Shown here: piece by piece, positions 35,701-50,700 of the stretch | Position numbering within the stretch: position 1 is the first letter of the stretch | Layout: every line of letters begins with the position of its first letter | DNA from: Eledone cirrhosa | Lineage: Eukaryota | NCBI GenBank assembly: GCA_964016885.1 | Contig: OZ024757.1 | Coordinates: 5,332,001-5,396,000, forward strand | Length of the DNA stretch: 64,000 nucleotides | Direction: 5' to 3' | Notes under the pieces: generated by a model | What the model saw: only the letters and a program-made list of their open reading frames with translations | The model's database searches: none | What the model was told of the DNA's origin: nothing | Position numbers and translations under genes: made by a program

Positions 35701-38700
35701 CCTTCATCTGATTCCTCTTATACCTAGTTTCTCTCCCAGTTCAACCATACACATCACATGTCTATACCAACACAGTCTCCTCTCCTACATCTGATTCCTC
35801 TTATACCTAGTTTCTCTCCCAGTTCATCCATACACATCACATGTCTATACCAACACAGTCTCCTCTCCTACACACTACATGTGATTCCTCTTATAACTAG
35901 TTTCTCTCCCAGTTCATCCATACACATCCCATGTCTATACCAACACAGTCTCCTCTCCTACATCTTATTCCTCTTATACCTAGTTTCTCTCTCAGTTCAT
36001 CCATACACATCACATGTCTATACCAACACAGTCTCCTCTCCTACATCTGATTCCTCTTATACCTAGTTTCTCTCCCAGTTCATCCATACACATCACATGT
36101 CTATACCAACACAGTCTCCTCTCCTACACACTACATGTGATTCCTCTTATAACTAGTTTCTCTCCCAGTTCATCCATACACATCACATGTCTATACCAAC
36201 ACAGTCTCCTCTCCTACATCTGATTCCTCTTATACCTAGTTTCTCTCTCCATCCATACACATCACACGTCTATACCAACACAGTCTCCTCTCCTACATCT
36301 GATTCCTCTTATACCTAGTTTCTCTTTCAGTTCATCCATACACATCACATTTCTATACCAACACAGTCTCCTCTCCTACATCTGATTCCTCTTATACCTA
36401 GTTTCTCTCTCAGTTCATCCATACACATCCCATGTCTATACCAACACAGTCTTCTCTCCTACACACTACATCTGATTCCTCTTATACCTAGTTTCTCTCT
36501 CAGTTCATCCATACACATCACATGTCTATACCAACACAGTCTCTTCTCCTATACACTACATCTGATTCCTCTTATACCTAGTTTCTCTCTCAGTTCATCC
36601 ATACACATCCCATGTCTATACCAACACAGTCTTCTTTCCTACACACTACATCTGATTCCTCATATACCTAGTTTCTCTCTCCATCCATACACATCACATG
36701 TCTATACCAACACAGTCTCCTCTCCTACATCTGATTCCTCTTATACCTAGTTTCTCTCTCAGTTCATCCATACACATCACATGTCTATACCAACACAGTC
36801 TCCTCTCCGACATCTGATTCCTCTTATACCTAGTTTCTCTCTCAGTTCATCCATACACATCACATGTCTTTACCAACACAGTCTCCTCTCCTACATCTGA
36901 TTCCTCTTATACCTATTTTCTCTCCCAGTTCATCCATACACATCACATGTCTATACCAACACAGTCTCCTCTCCTACATCTGATTCCTCTTATACCTAGT
37001 TTCTCTCCATCCATACACATCACATGTCTATACCAACACAGTCTCCTCTCCTACACACTACATCTGATTCCTCTTATACCTAGTTTCTCTCTCCATCCAT
37101 ACACATCACATGTCTATACCAACACAGTCTCCTCTCCTACAGCTGATTCCTCTTATACCTAGTTTCTCTCCCAGTTCATCCATACACATCACATGTCTTT
37201 ACCAACACAGTCTCCTCTCCTACATCTGATTCCTCTTATACCTAGTTTCTCTCTCAGTTCATCCATACACATCACATGTCTATACCAACACAGTCTCCTC
37301 TCCTACATCTGATTCCTCTTATACCTAGTTTCTCTCCCAGTTCATCCATACACATCACATGTCTATACCAACACAGTCTCCTCTCCTACATCTGATTCCT
37401 CTTATACCTAGTTTCTCTCCCAGTTCATCCATACACATCACATGTCTATACCAACACAGTCTCCTCTCCTACACACTACATCTGATTCCTCTTATACCTA
37501 GTTTCTCTCTCAGTTCATCCATACACATCACATGTCTATACCAACACAGTCTCCTCTCCTAGATCTGATTCCTCTTTTACCTAGTTTCTCTCTACATCCA
37601 TACACATCACATGTCTATACGAACACAGTCTCCTCTCCTACATCTGATTCCTCTTATACCTAGTTTCTCTCTCAGTTCATCCATACACATCACATGTCTA
37701 TACCAACACAGTCTCCTCTCCTACATCTGATTCCTCTTATCCCTAGTTTCTCTCTCCATCCATACACATCACATGTCTATACCAACACAGTCTCCTCTCC
37801 TACACACTACATCTGATTCCTCTTATACCTAGTTTCTCTCCCAGTTCATCCATACACATCACATGTCTATACCAACACAGTTTCCTCTCCTACACACTAC
37901 ATCTGATTCCTCTTATACCTAGTTTCTCTCTTAGTTCATCCATACACATCACATGTCTATACCAACAGTCTCCTCTCCTACACACTACATCTGATTCCTC
38001 TTAAACCTAGTTTCTCTCTCAGTTCATCCATACACATCACATGTCTATACCAACACAGTCTCCTCTCCTACATCTGATTCCTCTTATACCTAGTTTCTCT
38101 CCCAGTTCATCCATACACATCACATGTCTATACCAACACAGTCTCCTCTCCTACATCTGATTCCTCTTATACCTAGTTTCTCTCCCAGTTCATCCATACA
38201 CATCACATGTCTATACCAACACAGTCTCCTCTCCTACACACTACATGTGATTCCTCTTATAACTAGTTTCTCTCCCAGTTCATCCATACACATCCCATGT
38301 CTATACCAACACAGTCTCCTCTCCTACATCTGATTCCTCTTATACCTAGTTTCTCTCTCAGTTCATCCATACACATCACATGTCTATACCAACACAGTCT
38401 CCTCTCCTACATCTGATTCCTCTTATACCTAGTTTCTCTCCCAGTTCATCCATACACATCACATGTCTATACCAACACAGTCTCCTCTCCTACACACTAC
38501 ATGTGATTCCTCTTATAACTAGTTTCTCTCCCAGTTCATCCATACACATCACATGTCTATACCAACACAGTCTCCTCTCCTACATCTGATTCCTCTTATA
38601 CCTAGTTTCTCTCTCCATCCATACACATCACACGTCTATACCAACACAGTCTCCTCTCCTACATCTGATTCCTCTTATACCTAGTTTCTCTCTCAGTTCA

Positions 38701-41700
38701 TCCATACACATCACATTTCTATACCAACACAGTCTCCTCTCCTACATCTGATTCCTCTTATACCTAGTTTCTCTCTCAGTTCATCCATACACATCCCATG
38801 TCTATACCAACACAGTCTTCTCTCCTACACACTACATCTGATTCCTCTTATACCTAGTTTCTCTCTCAGTTCATCCATACACATCACATGTCTATACCAA
38901 CACAGTCTCCTCTCCTACATCTGATTCCTCTTATACCTAGTTTCTCTCTCAGTTCATCCATACACATCACATGTCTATACCAACACAGTCTCCTCTCCTA
39001 CATCTGATTCCTCTTATACCTAGTTTCTCTCCCAGTTCATCCATACACATCACATGTCTATACCAACACAGTCTCCTCTCCTACATCTGATTCCTCTTAT
39101 ACCTAGTTTCTCTCCATCCATACACATCACATGTCTATACCAACACAGTCTCCTCTCCTACATCTGATTCCTCTTATACCTAGTTTCTCTCTCCATCCAT
39201 ACACATCACATGTCTATACCAACACAGTCTCCTCTCCTACAGCTGATTCCTCTTATACCTAGTTTCTCTCCCAGTTCATCCATACACATCACATGTCTTT
39301 ACCAACACAGTCTCCTCTCCTACATCTGATTCCTCTTATACCTAGTTTCTCTCTCAGTTCATCCATACACATCACATGTCTATACCAACACAGTCTCCTC
39401 TCCTACATCTGATTCCTCTTATACCTAGTTTCTCTCCCAGTTCATCCATACACATCACATGTCTATACCAACACAGTCTCCTCTCCTACATCTGATTCCT
39501 CTTATACCTAGTTTCTCTCCCAGTTCATCCATACACATCGCATGTCTATACCAACACAGTCTCCTCTCCTACATCTGATTCCTCTTATACCTAGTTTCTC
39601 TCCCAGTTCATCCATACACATCACATGTCTATACCAACACAGTCTCCTCTCCTACATCTGATTCCTCTTATACCTAGTTTCTCTCCCAGTTCATCCATAC
39701 ACATCACATGTCTATACCAACACAGTCTCCTCTCCTACACCTGATTCCTCTTATACCTAGTTTCTCTCCCAGTTCATCCATACACATCACATGTCTATAC
39801 CAACACAGTCTCCTCTCCTACACACTACATGTGATTCCTCTTATAACTAGTTTCTCTTCCAGTTCATCCATACACATCCCATGTCTATACCAACACAGTC
39901 TCCTCTCCTACATCTGATTCCTCTTATACCTAGTTTCTCTCTCAGTTCATCCATACACATCACATGTCTATACCAACACAGTCTCCTCTCCTACATCCGA
40001 TTCCTCTTATACCTAGTTTCTCTCCCAGTTCATCCATACACATCACATGTCTATACCAACACAGTCTCCTCTCCTACATCTGATTCCTCTTATACCTAGT
40101 TTCTCTCTCCATCCATACACATCACACGTCTATACCAACACAGTCTCCTCTCCTACATCTGATTCCTCTTATACCTAGTTTCTCTCTCAGTTCATCCATA
40201 CACATCACATTTCTATACCAACACAGTCTCCTCTCCTACATCTGATTCCTCTTATACCTAGTTTCTCTCTCAGTTCATCCATACACATCCCATGTCTATA
40301 CCAACACAGTCTTCTCTCCTACACACTACATCTGATTCCTCTTATACCTAGTTTCTCTCTCAGTTCATCCATACACATCACATGTCTATACCAACACAGT
40401 CTCTTCTCCTATACACTACATCTGATTCCTCTTATACCTAGTTTCTCTCTCAGTTCATCCATACACATCCCATGTCCATACCAACACAGTCTTCTCTCCT
40501 ACACACTACATCTGATTCCTCATATACCTATTTTCTCTCCCAGTTCATCCATACACATCACATGTCTATACCAACACAGTCTCCTCTCCTACATCTGATT
40601 CCTCTTATACCTAGTTTCTCTCTCAGTTCATCCATACACATCACATGTCTATACCAACACAGTCTCCTCTCCTACATCTGATTCCTCTTATACCTAGTTT
40701 CTCTCTCAGTTCATCCATACACATCACATGTCTATACCAACACAGTCTCCTCTCCTACATCTGATTCCTCTTATACCTAGTTTCTCTCCATCCATACACA
40801 TCACATGTCTATACCAACACAGTCTCCTCTCCTACATCTGATTCCTCTTATACCTAGTTTCTCTCCCAGTTCATCCATACACATCACATGTCTATACCAA
40901 CACAGTCTCCTCTCCTACATCTGATTCCTCTTATACCTAGTTTCTCTCTCCATCCATACACATCACATGTCTATACCAACACAGTCTCCTCTCCTACAGC
41001 TGATTCCTCTTATACCTAGTTTCTCTCCCAGTTCATCCATACACATCACATGTCTTTACCAACACAGTCTCCTCTCCTACACCTGATTCCTCTTATACCT
41101 AGTTTCTCTCTCAGTTCATCCATACACATCACATGTCTATACCAACACAGTCTCCTCTCCTACATCTGATTCCTCTTATACCTAGTTTCTCTCCCAGTTC
41201 ATCCATACACATCACATGTCTATACCAACACAGTCTCCTCTCCTACATCTGATTCCTCTTATACCTAGTTTCTCTCCCAGTTCATCCATACACATCGCAT
41301 GTCTATACCAACACAGTCTCCTCTCCTAAATCTGATTCCTCTTATACCTAGTTACTCTCCCAGTTCATCCATACACATCACATGTCTATACCAACACAGT
41401 CTCCTCTCCTACATCTGATTCCTCTTATACCTAGTTTCTCTCCCAGTTCATCCATACACATCACATGTCTATACCAACACAGTCTCCTCTCCTACACCTG
41501 ATTCCTCTTATACCTAGTTTCTCTCCCAGTTCATCCATACACATCACATGTCTATACCAACACAGTCTCCTCTCCTACACACTACATGTGATTCCTCTTA
41601 TAACTAGTTTCTCTCCCAGTTCATCCATACACATCCCATGTCTATACCAACACAGTCTCCTCTCCTACATCTGATTCCTCTTATACCTAGTTTCTCTCTC

Positions 41701-44700
41701 AGTTCATCCATACACATCACATGTCTATACGAACACAGTCTCCTCTCCTACATCTGATTCCTCTTATACCTAGTTTCTCTCTCAGTTCATCCATACACAT
41801 CACATGTCTATACCAACACAGTCTCCTCTCCTACATCTGATTCCTCTTATCCCTAGTTTCTCTCTCCATCCATACACATCACATGTCTATACCAACACAG
41901 TCTCCTCTCCTACACACTACATCTGATTCCTCTTATACCTAGTTTCTCTCCCAGTTCATCCATACACATCACATGTCTATACCAACACAGTTTCCTCTCC
42001 TACACACTACATCTGATTCCTCTTATACCTAGTTTCTCTCTTAGTTCATCCATACACATCACATGTCTATACCAACACAGTCTCCTCTCCTACACACTAC
42101 ATCTGATTCCTCTTAAACCTAGTTTCTCTCTCAGTTCATCCATACACATCACATGTCTATACCAACACAGTCTCCTCTCCTACATCTGATTCCTCTTATA
42201 CCTAGTTTCTCTCCCAGTTCAACCATACACATCACATGTCTATACCAACACAGTCTCCTCTCCTACATCTGATTCCTCTTATACCTAGTTTCTCTCCCAG
42301 TTCATCCATACACATCACATGTCTATACCAACACAGTCTCCTCTCCTACATCTGATTCCTCTTATACCTAGTTTCTCTCCCAGTTCATCCATACACATCA
42401 CATGTCTATACCAACACAGTCTCCTCTCCTACACACTACATGTGATTCCTCTTATAACTAGTTTCTCTCCCAGTTCATCCATACACATCCCATGTCTATA
42501 CCAACACAGTCTCCTCTCCTACATCTGATTCCTCTTATACCTAGTTTCTCTCTCAGTTCATCCATACACATCACATGTCTATACCAACACAGTCTCCTCT
42601 CCTACATCTGATTCCTCTTATACCTAGTTTCTCTCCCAGTTCATCCATACACATCACATGTCTATACCAACACAGTCTCCTCTCCTACACACTACATGTG
42701 ATTCCTCTTATAACTAGTTTCTCTCCCAGTTCATCCATACACATCACATGTCTATACCAACACAGTCTCCTCTCCTACATCTGATTCCTCTTATACCTAG
42801 TTTCTCTCTCCATCCATACACATCACACGTCTATACCAACACAGTCTCCTCTCCTACATCTGATTCCTCTTATACCTAGTTTCTCTCTCAGTTCATCCAT
42901 ACACATCACATTTCTATACCAACACAGTCTCCTCTCCTACATCTGATTCCTCTTATACCTAGTTTCTCTCTCAGTTCATCCATACACATCCCATGTCTAT
43001 ACCAACACAGTCTTCTCTCCTACACACTACATCTGATTCCTCTTATACCTAGTTTCTCTCTCAGTTCATCCATACACATCACATGTCTATACCAACACAG
43101 TCTCCTCTCCTACATCTGATTCCTCTTATACCTAGTTTCTCTCTCAGTTCATCCATACACATCACATGTCTATACCAACACAGTCTCCTCTCCTACATCT
43201 GATTCCTCTTATACCTAGTTTCTCTCCCAGTTCATCCATACACATCACATGTCTATACCAACACAGTCTCCTCTCCTACATCTGATTCCTCTTATACCTA
43301 GTTTCTCTCCATCCATACACATCACATGTCTATACCAACACAGTCTCCTCTCCTACATCTGATTCCTCTTATACCTAGTTTCTCTCTCCATCCATACACA
43401 TCACATGTCTATACCAACACAGTCTCCTCTCCTACAGCTGATTCCTCTTATACCTAGTTTCTCTCCCAGTTCATCCATACACATCACATGTCTTTACCAA
43501 CACAGTCTCCTCTCCTACATCTGATTCCTCTTATACCTAGTTTCTCTCTCAGTTCATCCATACACATCACATGTCTATACCAACACAGTCTCCTCTCCTA
43601 CATCTGATTCCTCTTATACCTAGTTTCTCTCCCAGTTCATCCATACACATCACATGTCTATACCAACACAGTCTCCTCTCCTACATCTGATTCCTCTTAT
43701 ACCTAGTTTCTCTCCCAGTTCATCCATACACATCACATGTCTATACCAACACAGTCTCCTCTCCTACATCTGATTCCTCTTATACCTAGTTTCTCTCCCA
43801 GTTCAACCATACACATCACATGTCTATACCAACACAGTCTCCTCTCCTACATCTGATTCCTCTTATACCTAGTTTCTCTCCCAGTTCATCCATACACATC
43901 GCATGTCTATACCAACACAGTCTCCTCTCCTACATCTGATTCCTCTTATACCTAGTTTCTCTCCCAGTTCATCCATACACATCACATGTCTATACCAACA
44001 CAGTCTCCTCTCCTACATCTGATTCCTCTTATACCTAGTTTCTCTCCCAGTTCATCCATACACATCACATGTCTATACCAACACAGTCTCCTCTCCTACA
44101 CCTGATTCCTCTTATACCTAGTTTCTCTCCCAGTTCATCCATACACATCACATGTCTATACCAACACAGTCTCCTCTCCTACACACTACATGTGATTCCT
44201 CTTATAACTAGTTTCTCTCCCAGTTCATCCATACACATCCCATGTCTATACCAACACAGTCTCCTCTCCTACATCTGATTCCTCTTATACCTAGTTTCTC
44301 TCTCAGTTCATCCATACACATCACATGTCTATACCAACACAGTCTCCTCTCCTACATCCGATTCCTCTTATACCTAGTTTCTCTCCCAGTTCATCCATAC
44401 ACATCACATGTCTATACCAACACAGTCTCCTCTCCTACATCTGATTCCTCTTATACCTAGTTTCTCTCTCCATCCATACACATCACACGTCTATACCAAC
44501 ACAGTCTCCTCTCCTACATCTGATTCCTCTTATACCTAGTTTCTCTCTCAGTTCATCCATACACATCACATTTCTATACCAACACAGTCTCCTCTCCTAC
44601 ATCTGATTCCTCTTATACCTAGTTTCTCTCTCAGTTCATCCATACACATCCCATGTCTATACCAACACAGTCTTCTCTCCTACACACTACATCTGATTCC

Positions 44701-47700
44701 TCTTATACCTAGTTTCTCTCTCAGTTCATCCATACACATCACATGTCTATACCAACACAGTCTCTTCTCCTATACACTACATCTGATTCCTCTTATACCT
44801 AGTTTCTCTCTCAGTTCATCCATACACATCCCATGTCCATACCAACACAGTCTTCTCTCCTACACACTACATCTGATTCCTCATATACCTATTTTCTCTC
44901 CCAGTTCATCCATACACATCACATGTCTATACCAACACAGTCTCCTCTCCTACATCTGATTCCTCTTATACCTAGTTTCTCTCTCAGTTCATCCATACAC
45001 ATCACATGTCTATACCAACACAGTCTCCTCTCCTACATCTGATTCCTCTTATACCTAGTTTCTCTCTCAGTTCATCCATACACATCACATGTCTATACCA
45101 ACACAGTCTCCTCTCCTACATCTGATTCCTCTTATACCTAGTTTCTCTCCATCCATACACATCACATGTCTATACCAACACAGTCTCCTCTCCTACATCT
45201 GATTCCTCTTATACCTAGTTTCTCTCCCAGTTCATCCATACACATCACATGTCTATACCAACACAGTCTCCTCTCCTACATCTGATTCCTCTTATACCTA
45301 GTTTCTCTCTCCATCCATACACATCACATGTCTATACCAACACAGTCTCCTCTCCTACAGCTGATTCCTCTTATACCTAGTTTCTCTCCCAGTTCATCCA
45401 TACACATCACATGTCTTTACCAACACAGTCTCCTCTCCTACATCTGATTCCTCTTATACCTAGTTTCTCTCTCAGTTCATCCATACACATCACATGTCTA
45501 TACCAACACAGTCTCCTCTCCTACATCTGATTCCTCTTATACCTAGTTTCTCTCCCAGTTCATCCATACACATCACATGTCTATACCAACACAGTCTCCT
45601 CTCCTACATCTGATTCCTCTTATACCTAGTTTCTCTCCCAGTTCATCCATACACATCGCATGTCTATACCAACACAGTCTCCTCTCCTACATCTGATTCC
45701 TCTTATACCTAGTTTCTCTCCCAGTTCATCCATACACATCACATGTCTATACCAACACAGTCTCCTCTCCTACATCTGATTCCTCTTATACCTAGTTTCT
45801 CTCCCAGTTCATCCATACACATCACATGTCTATACCAACACAGTCTCCTCTCCTACACCTGATTCCTCTTATACCTAGTTTCTCTCCCAGTTCATCCATA
45901 CACATCACATGTCTATACCAACACAGTCTCCTCTCCTACACACTACATGTGATTCCTCTTATAACTAGTTTCTCTCCCAGTTCATCCATACACATCCCAT
46001 GTCTATACCAACACAGTCTCCTCTCCTACATCTGATTCCTCTTATACCTAGTTTCTCTCTCAGTTCATCCATACACATCACATGTCTATACCAACACAGT
46101 CTCCTCTCCTACATCTGATTCCTCTTATACCTAGTTTCTCTCCCAGTTCATCCATACACATCACATGTCTATACCAACACAGTCTCCTCTCCTACATCTG
46201 ATTCCTCTTATACCTAGTTTCTCCCTCCATCCATACACATCACACATCTATACCAACACAGTCTCCTCTCCTACATCTGATTCCTCTTATACCTAGTTTC
46301 TCTCTCAGTTCATCCATACACATCACATTTCTATACCAACATAGTCTCCTCTCCTACATCTGATTCCTCTTATACCTAGTTTCTCTCTCAGTTCATCCAT
46401 ACACATCACATGTCTATACCAACACAGTCTCCTCTCCTACATCTGATTCCTCTTATACCTAGTTTCTCTCCCAGTTCATCCATACACATCGCATGTCTAT
46501 ACCAACACAGTCTCCTCTCCTACATCTGATTCCTCTTATACCTAGTTTCTCTCCCAGTTCATCCATACACATCACATGTCTATACCAACACAGTCTCCTC
46601 TCCTACATCTGATTCCTCTTATACCTAGTTTCTCTCCCAGTTCATCCATACACATCACATGTCTATACCAACACAGTCTCCTCTCCTACACCTGATTCCT
46701 CTTATACCTAGTTTCTCTCCCAGTTCATCCATACACACACATGTCTATACCAACACAGTCTCCTCTCCTACACACTACATGTGATTCCTCTTATAACTAG
46801 TTTCTCTCCCAGTTCATCCATACACATCCCATGTCTATACCAACACAGTCTCCTCTCCTACATCTGATTCCTCTTATACCTAGTTTCTCTCCCAGTTCAT
46901 CCATACATATCACATGTCTATACCAACACAGTCTCCTCTCCTACACACTACATCTGATTCCTGTCATACCTAGTTTCTCTCCCAGTTCATCCATACACAT
47001 CACATGTCTATACCAACACAGTCTCCTCTCCTACACACTACATGTGATTCCTCTTATAACTAGTTTCTCTCCCAGTTCATCCATACACATCACATGTCTA
47101 TACCAACACAGTCTCCTCTCCTACATCTGATTCCTCTTATACCTAGTTTCTCTCTCCATCCATACACATCACACGTCTATACCAACACAGTCTCCTCTCC
47201 TACATCTGATTCCTCTTATACCTAGTTTCTCTCTCAGTTCATCCATACACATCACATTTCTATACCAACACAGTCTCCTCTCCTACATCTGATTCCACTT
47301 ATACCTAGTTTCTCTCTCAGTTCATCCATACACATCCCATGTCTATACCAACACAGTCTTCTCTCCTACACACTACATCTGATTCCTCTTATACCTAGTT
47401 TCTCTCTCAGTTCATCCATACACATCACATGTCTATACCAACACAGTCTCCTCTCCTACATCTGATTCCTCTTATACCTAGTTTCTCTCTCAGTTCATCC
47501 ATACACATCACATGTCTATACCAACACAGTCTCTTCTCCTATACACTACATCTGATTCCTCTTATACCTAGTTTCTCTCTCAGTTCATCCATACACATCC
47601 CATGTCTATACCAACACAGTCTTCTCTCCTACACACTACATCTGATTCCTCATATACCTAGTTTCTCTCTCAGTTCATCCATACACATCACATGTCTATA

Positions 47701-50700
47701 CCAACACAGTCTCCTCTCCTACATCTGATTCCTCTTATACCTAGTTTCTCTCCCAGTTCAACCATACACATCACATGTCTATACCAACACAGTCTCCTCT
47801 CCTACATCTGATTCCTCTTATACCTAGTTTCTCTCCCAGTTCATCCATACACATCACATGTCTATACCAACACAGTCTCCTCTCCTACACACTACATGTG
47901 ATTCCTCTTATAACTAGTTTCTCTCCCAGTTCATCCATACACATCCCATGTCTATACCAACACAGTCTCCTCTCCTACATCTGATTCCTCTTATACCTAG
48001 TTTCTCTCTCAGTTCATCCATACACATCACATGTCTATACCAACACAGTCTCCTCTCCTACATCTGATTCCTCTTATACCTAGTTTCTCTCCCAGTTCAT
48101 CCATACACATCACATGTCTATACCAACACAGTCTCCTCTCCTACACACTACATGTGATTCCTCTTATAACTAGTTTCTCTCCCAGTTCATCCATACACAT
48201 CACATGTCTATACCAACACAGTCTCCTCTCCTACATCTGATTCCTCTTATACCTAGTTTCTCTCTCCATCCATACACATCACACGTCTATACCAACACAG
48301 TCTCCTCTCCTACATCTGATTCCTCTTATACCTAGTTTCTCTCTCAGTTCATCCATACACATCACATTTCTATACCAACACAGTCTCCTCTCCTACATCT
48401 GATTCCTCTTATACCTAGTTTCTCTCTCAGTTCATCCATACACATCCCATGTCTATACCAACACAGTCTTCTCTCCTACACACTACATCTGATTCCTCTT
48501 ATACCTAGTTTCTCTCTCAGTTCATCCATACACATCACATGTCTATACCAACACAGTCTCCTCTCCTACATCTGATTCCTCTTATACCTAGTTTCTCTCT
48601 CAGTTCATCCATACACATCACATGTCTATACCAACACAGTCTCCTCTCCTACATCTGATTCCTCTTATACCTAGTTTCTCTCCCAGTTCATCCATACACA
48701 TCACATGTCTATACCAACACAGTCTCCTCTCCTACATCTGATTCCTCTTATACCTAGTTTCTCTCCATCCATACACATCACATGTCTATACCAACACAGT
48801 CTCCTCTCCTACATCTGATTCCTCTTATACCTAGTTTCTCTCTCCATCCATACACATCACATGTCTATACCAACACAGTCTCCTCTCCTACAGCTGATTC
48901 CTCTTATACCTAGTTTCTCTCCCAGTTCATCCATACACATCACATGTCTTTACCAACACAGTCTCCTCTCCTACATCTGATTCCTCTTATACCTAGTTTC
49001 TCTCTCAGTTCATCCATACACATCACATGTCTATACCAACACAGTCTGCTCTCCTACATCTGATTCCTCTTATACCTAGTTTCTCTCCCAGTTCATCCAT
49101 ACACATCACATGTCTATACCAACACAGTCTCCTCTCCTACATCTGATTCCTCTTATACCTAGTTTCTCTCCCAGTTCATCCATACACATCGCATGTCTAT
49201 ACCAACACAGTCTCCTCTCCTACATCTGATTCCTCTTATACCTAGTTTCTCTCCCAGTTCATCCATACACATCACATGTCTATACCAACACAGTCTCCTC
49301 TCCTACATCTGATTCCTCTTATACCTAGTTTCTCTCCCAGTTCATCCATACACATCACATGTCTATACCAACACAGTCTCCTCTCCTACACCTGATTCCT
49401 CTTATACCTAGTTTCTCTCCCAGTTCATCCATACACATCACATGTCTATACCAACACAGTCTCCTCTCCTACACACTACATGTGATTCCTCTTATAACTA
49501 GTTTCTCTCCCAGTTCATCCATACACATCCCATGTCTATACCAACACAGTCTCCTCTCCTACATCTGATTCCTCTTATACCTAGTTTCTCTCTCAGTTCA
49601 TCCATACACATCACATGTCTATACCAACACAGTCTCCTCTCCTACATCCGATTCCTCTTATACCTAGTTTCTCTCCCAGTTCATCCATACACATCACATG
49701 TCTATACCAACACAGTCTCCTCTCCTACACACTACATGTGATTCCTCTTATAACTAGTTTCTCTCCCAGTTCATCCATACACATCCCATGTCTATACCAA
49801 CACAGTCTCCTCTCCTACATCTGATTCCTCTTATACCTAGTTTCTCTCCCAGTTCATCCATACACATCACATGTCTATACCAACACAGTCTCCTCTCCTA
49901 CATCTGATTCCTCTTATACCTAGTTTCTCTCCCAGTTCATCCATACACATCGCATGTCTATACCAACACAGTCTCCTCTCCTACATCTGATTCCTCTTAT
50001 ACCTAGTTTCTCTCCCAGTTCATCCATACACATCACATGTCTATACCAACACAGTCTCCTCTCCTACACACTACATCTGATTCCTCTTATACCTAGTTTC
50101 TCTCTCAGTTCATCCATACACATCACATGTCTATACCAACACAGTCTCCTCTCCTAGATCTGATTCCTCTTTTACCTAGTTTCTCTCTACATCCATACAC
50201 ATCACATGTCTATACGAACACAGTCTCCTCTCCTACATCTGATTCCTCTTATACCTAGTTTCTCTCTCAGTTCATCCATACACATCACATGTCTATACCA
50301 ACACAGTCTCCTCTCCTACATCTGATTCCTCTTATCCCTAGTTTCTCTCTCCATCCATACACATCACATGTCTATACCAACACAGTCTCCTCTCCTACAC
50401 ACTACATCTGATTCCTCTTATACCTAGTTTCTCTCCCAGTTCATCCATACACATCACATGTCTATACCAACACAGTTTCCTCTCCTACACACTACATCTG
50501 ATTCCTCTTATACCTAGTTTCTCTCTTAGTTCATCCATACACATCACATGTCTATACCAACACAGTCTCCTCTCCTACACACTACATCTGATTCCTCTTA
50601 AACCTAGTTTCTCTCTCAGTTCATCCATACACATCACATGTCTATACCAACACAGTCTCCTCTCCTACATCTGATTCCAATTATACCTAGTTTCTCTCCC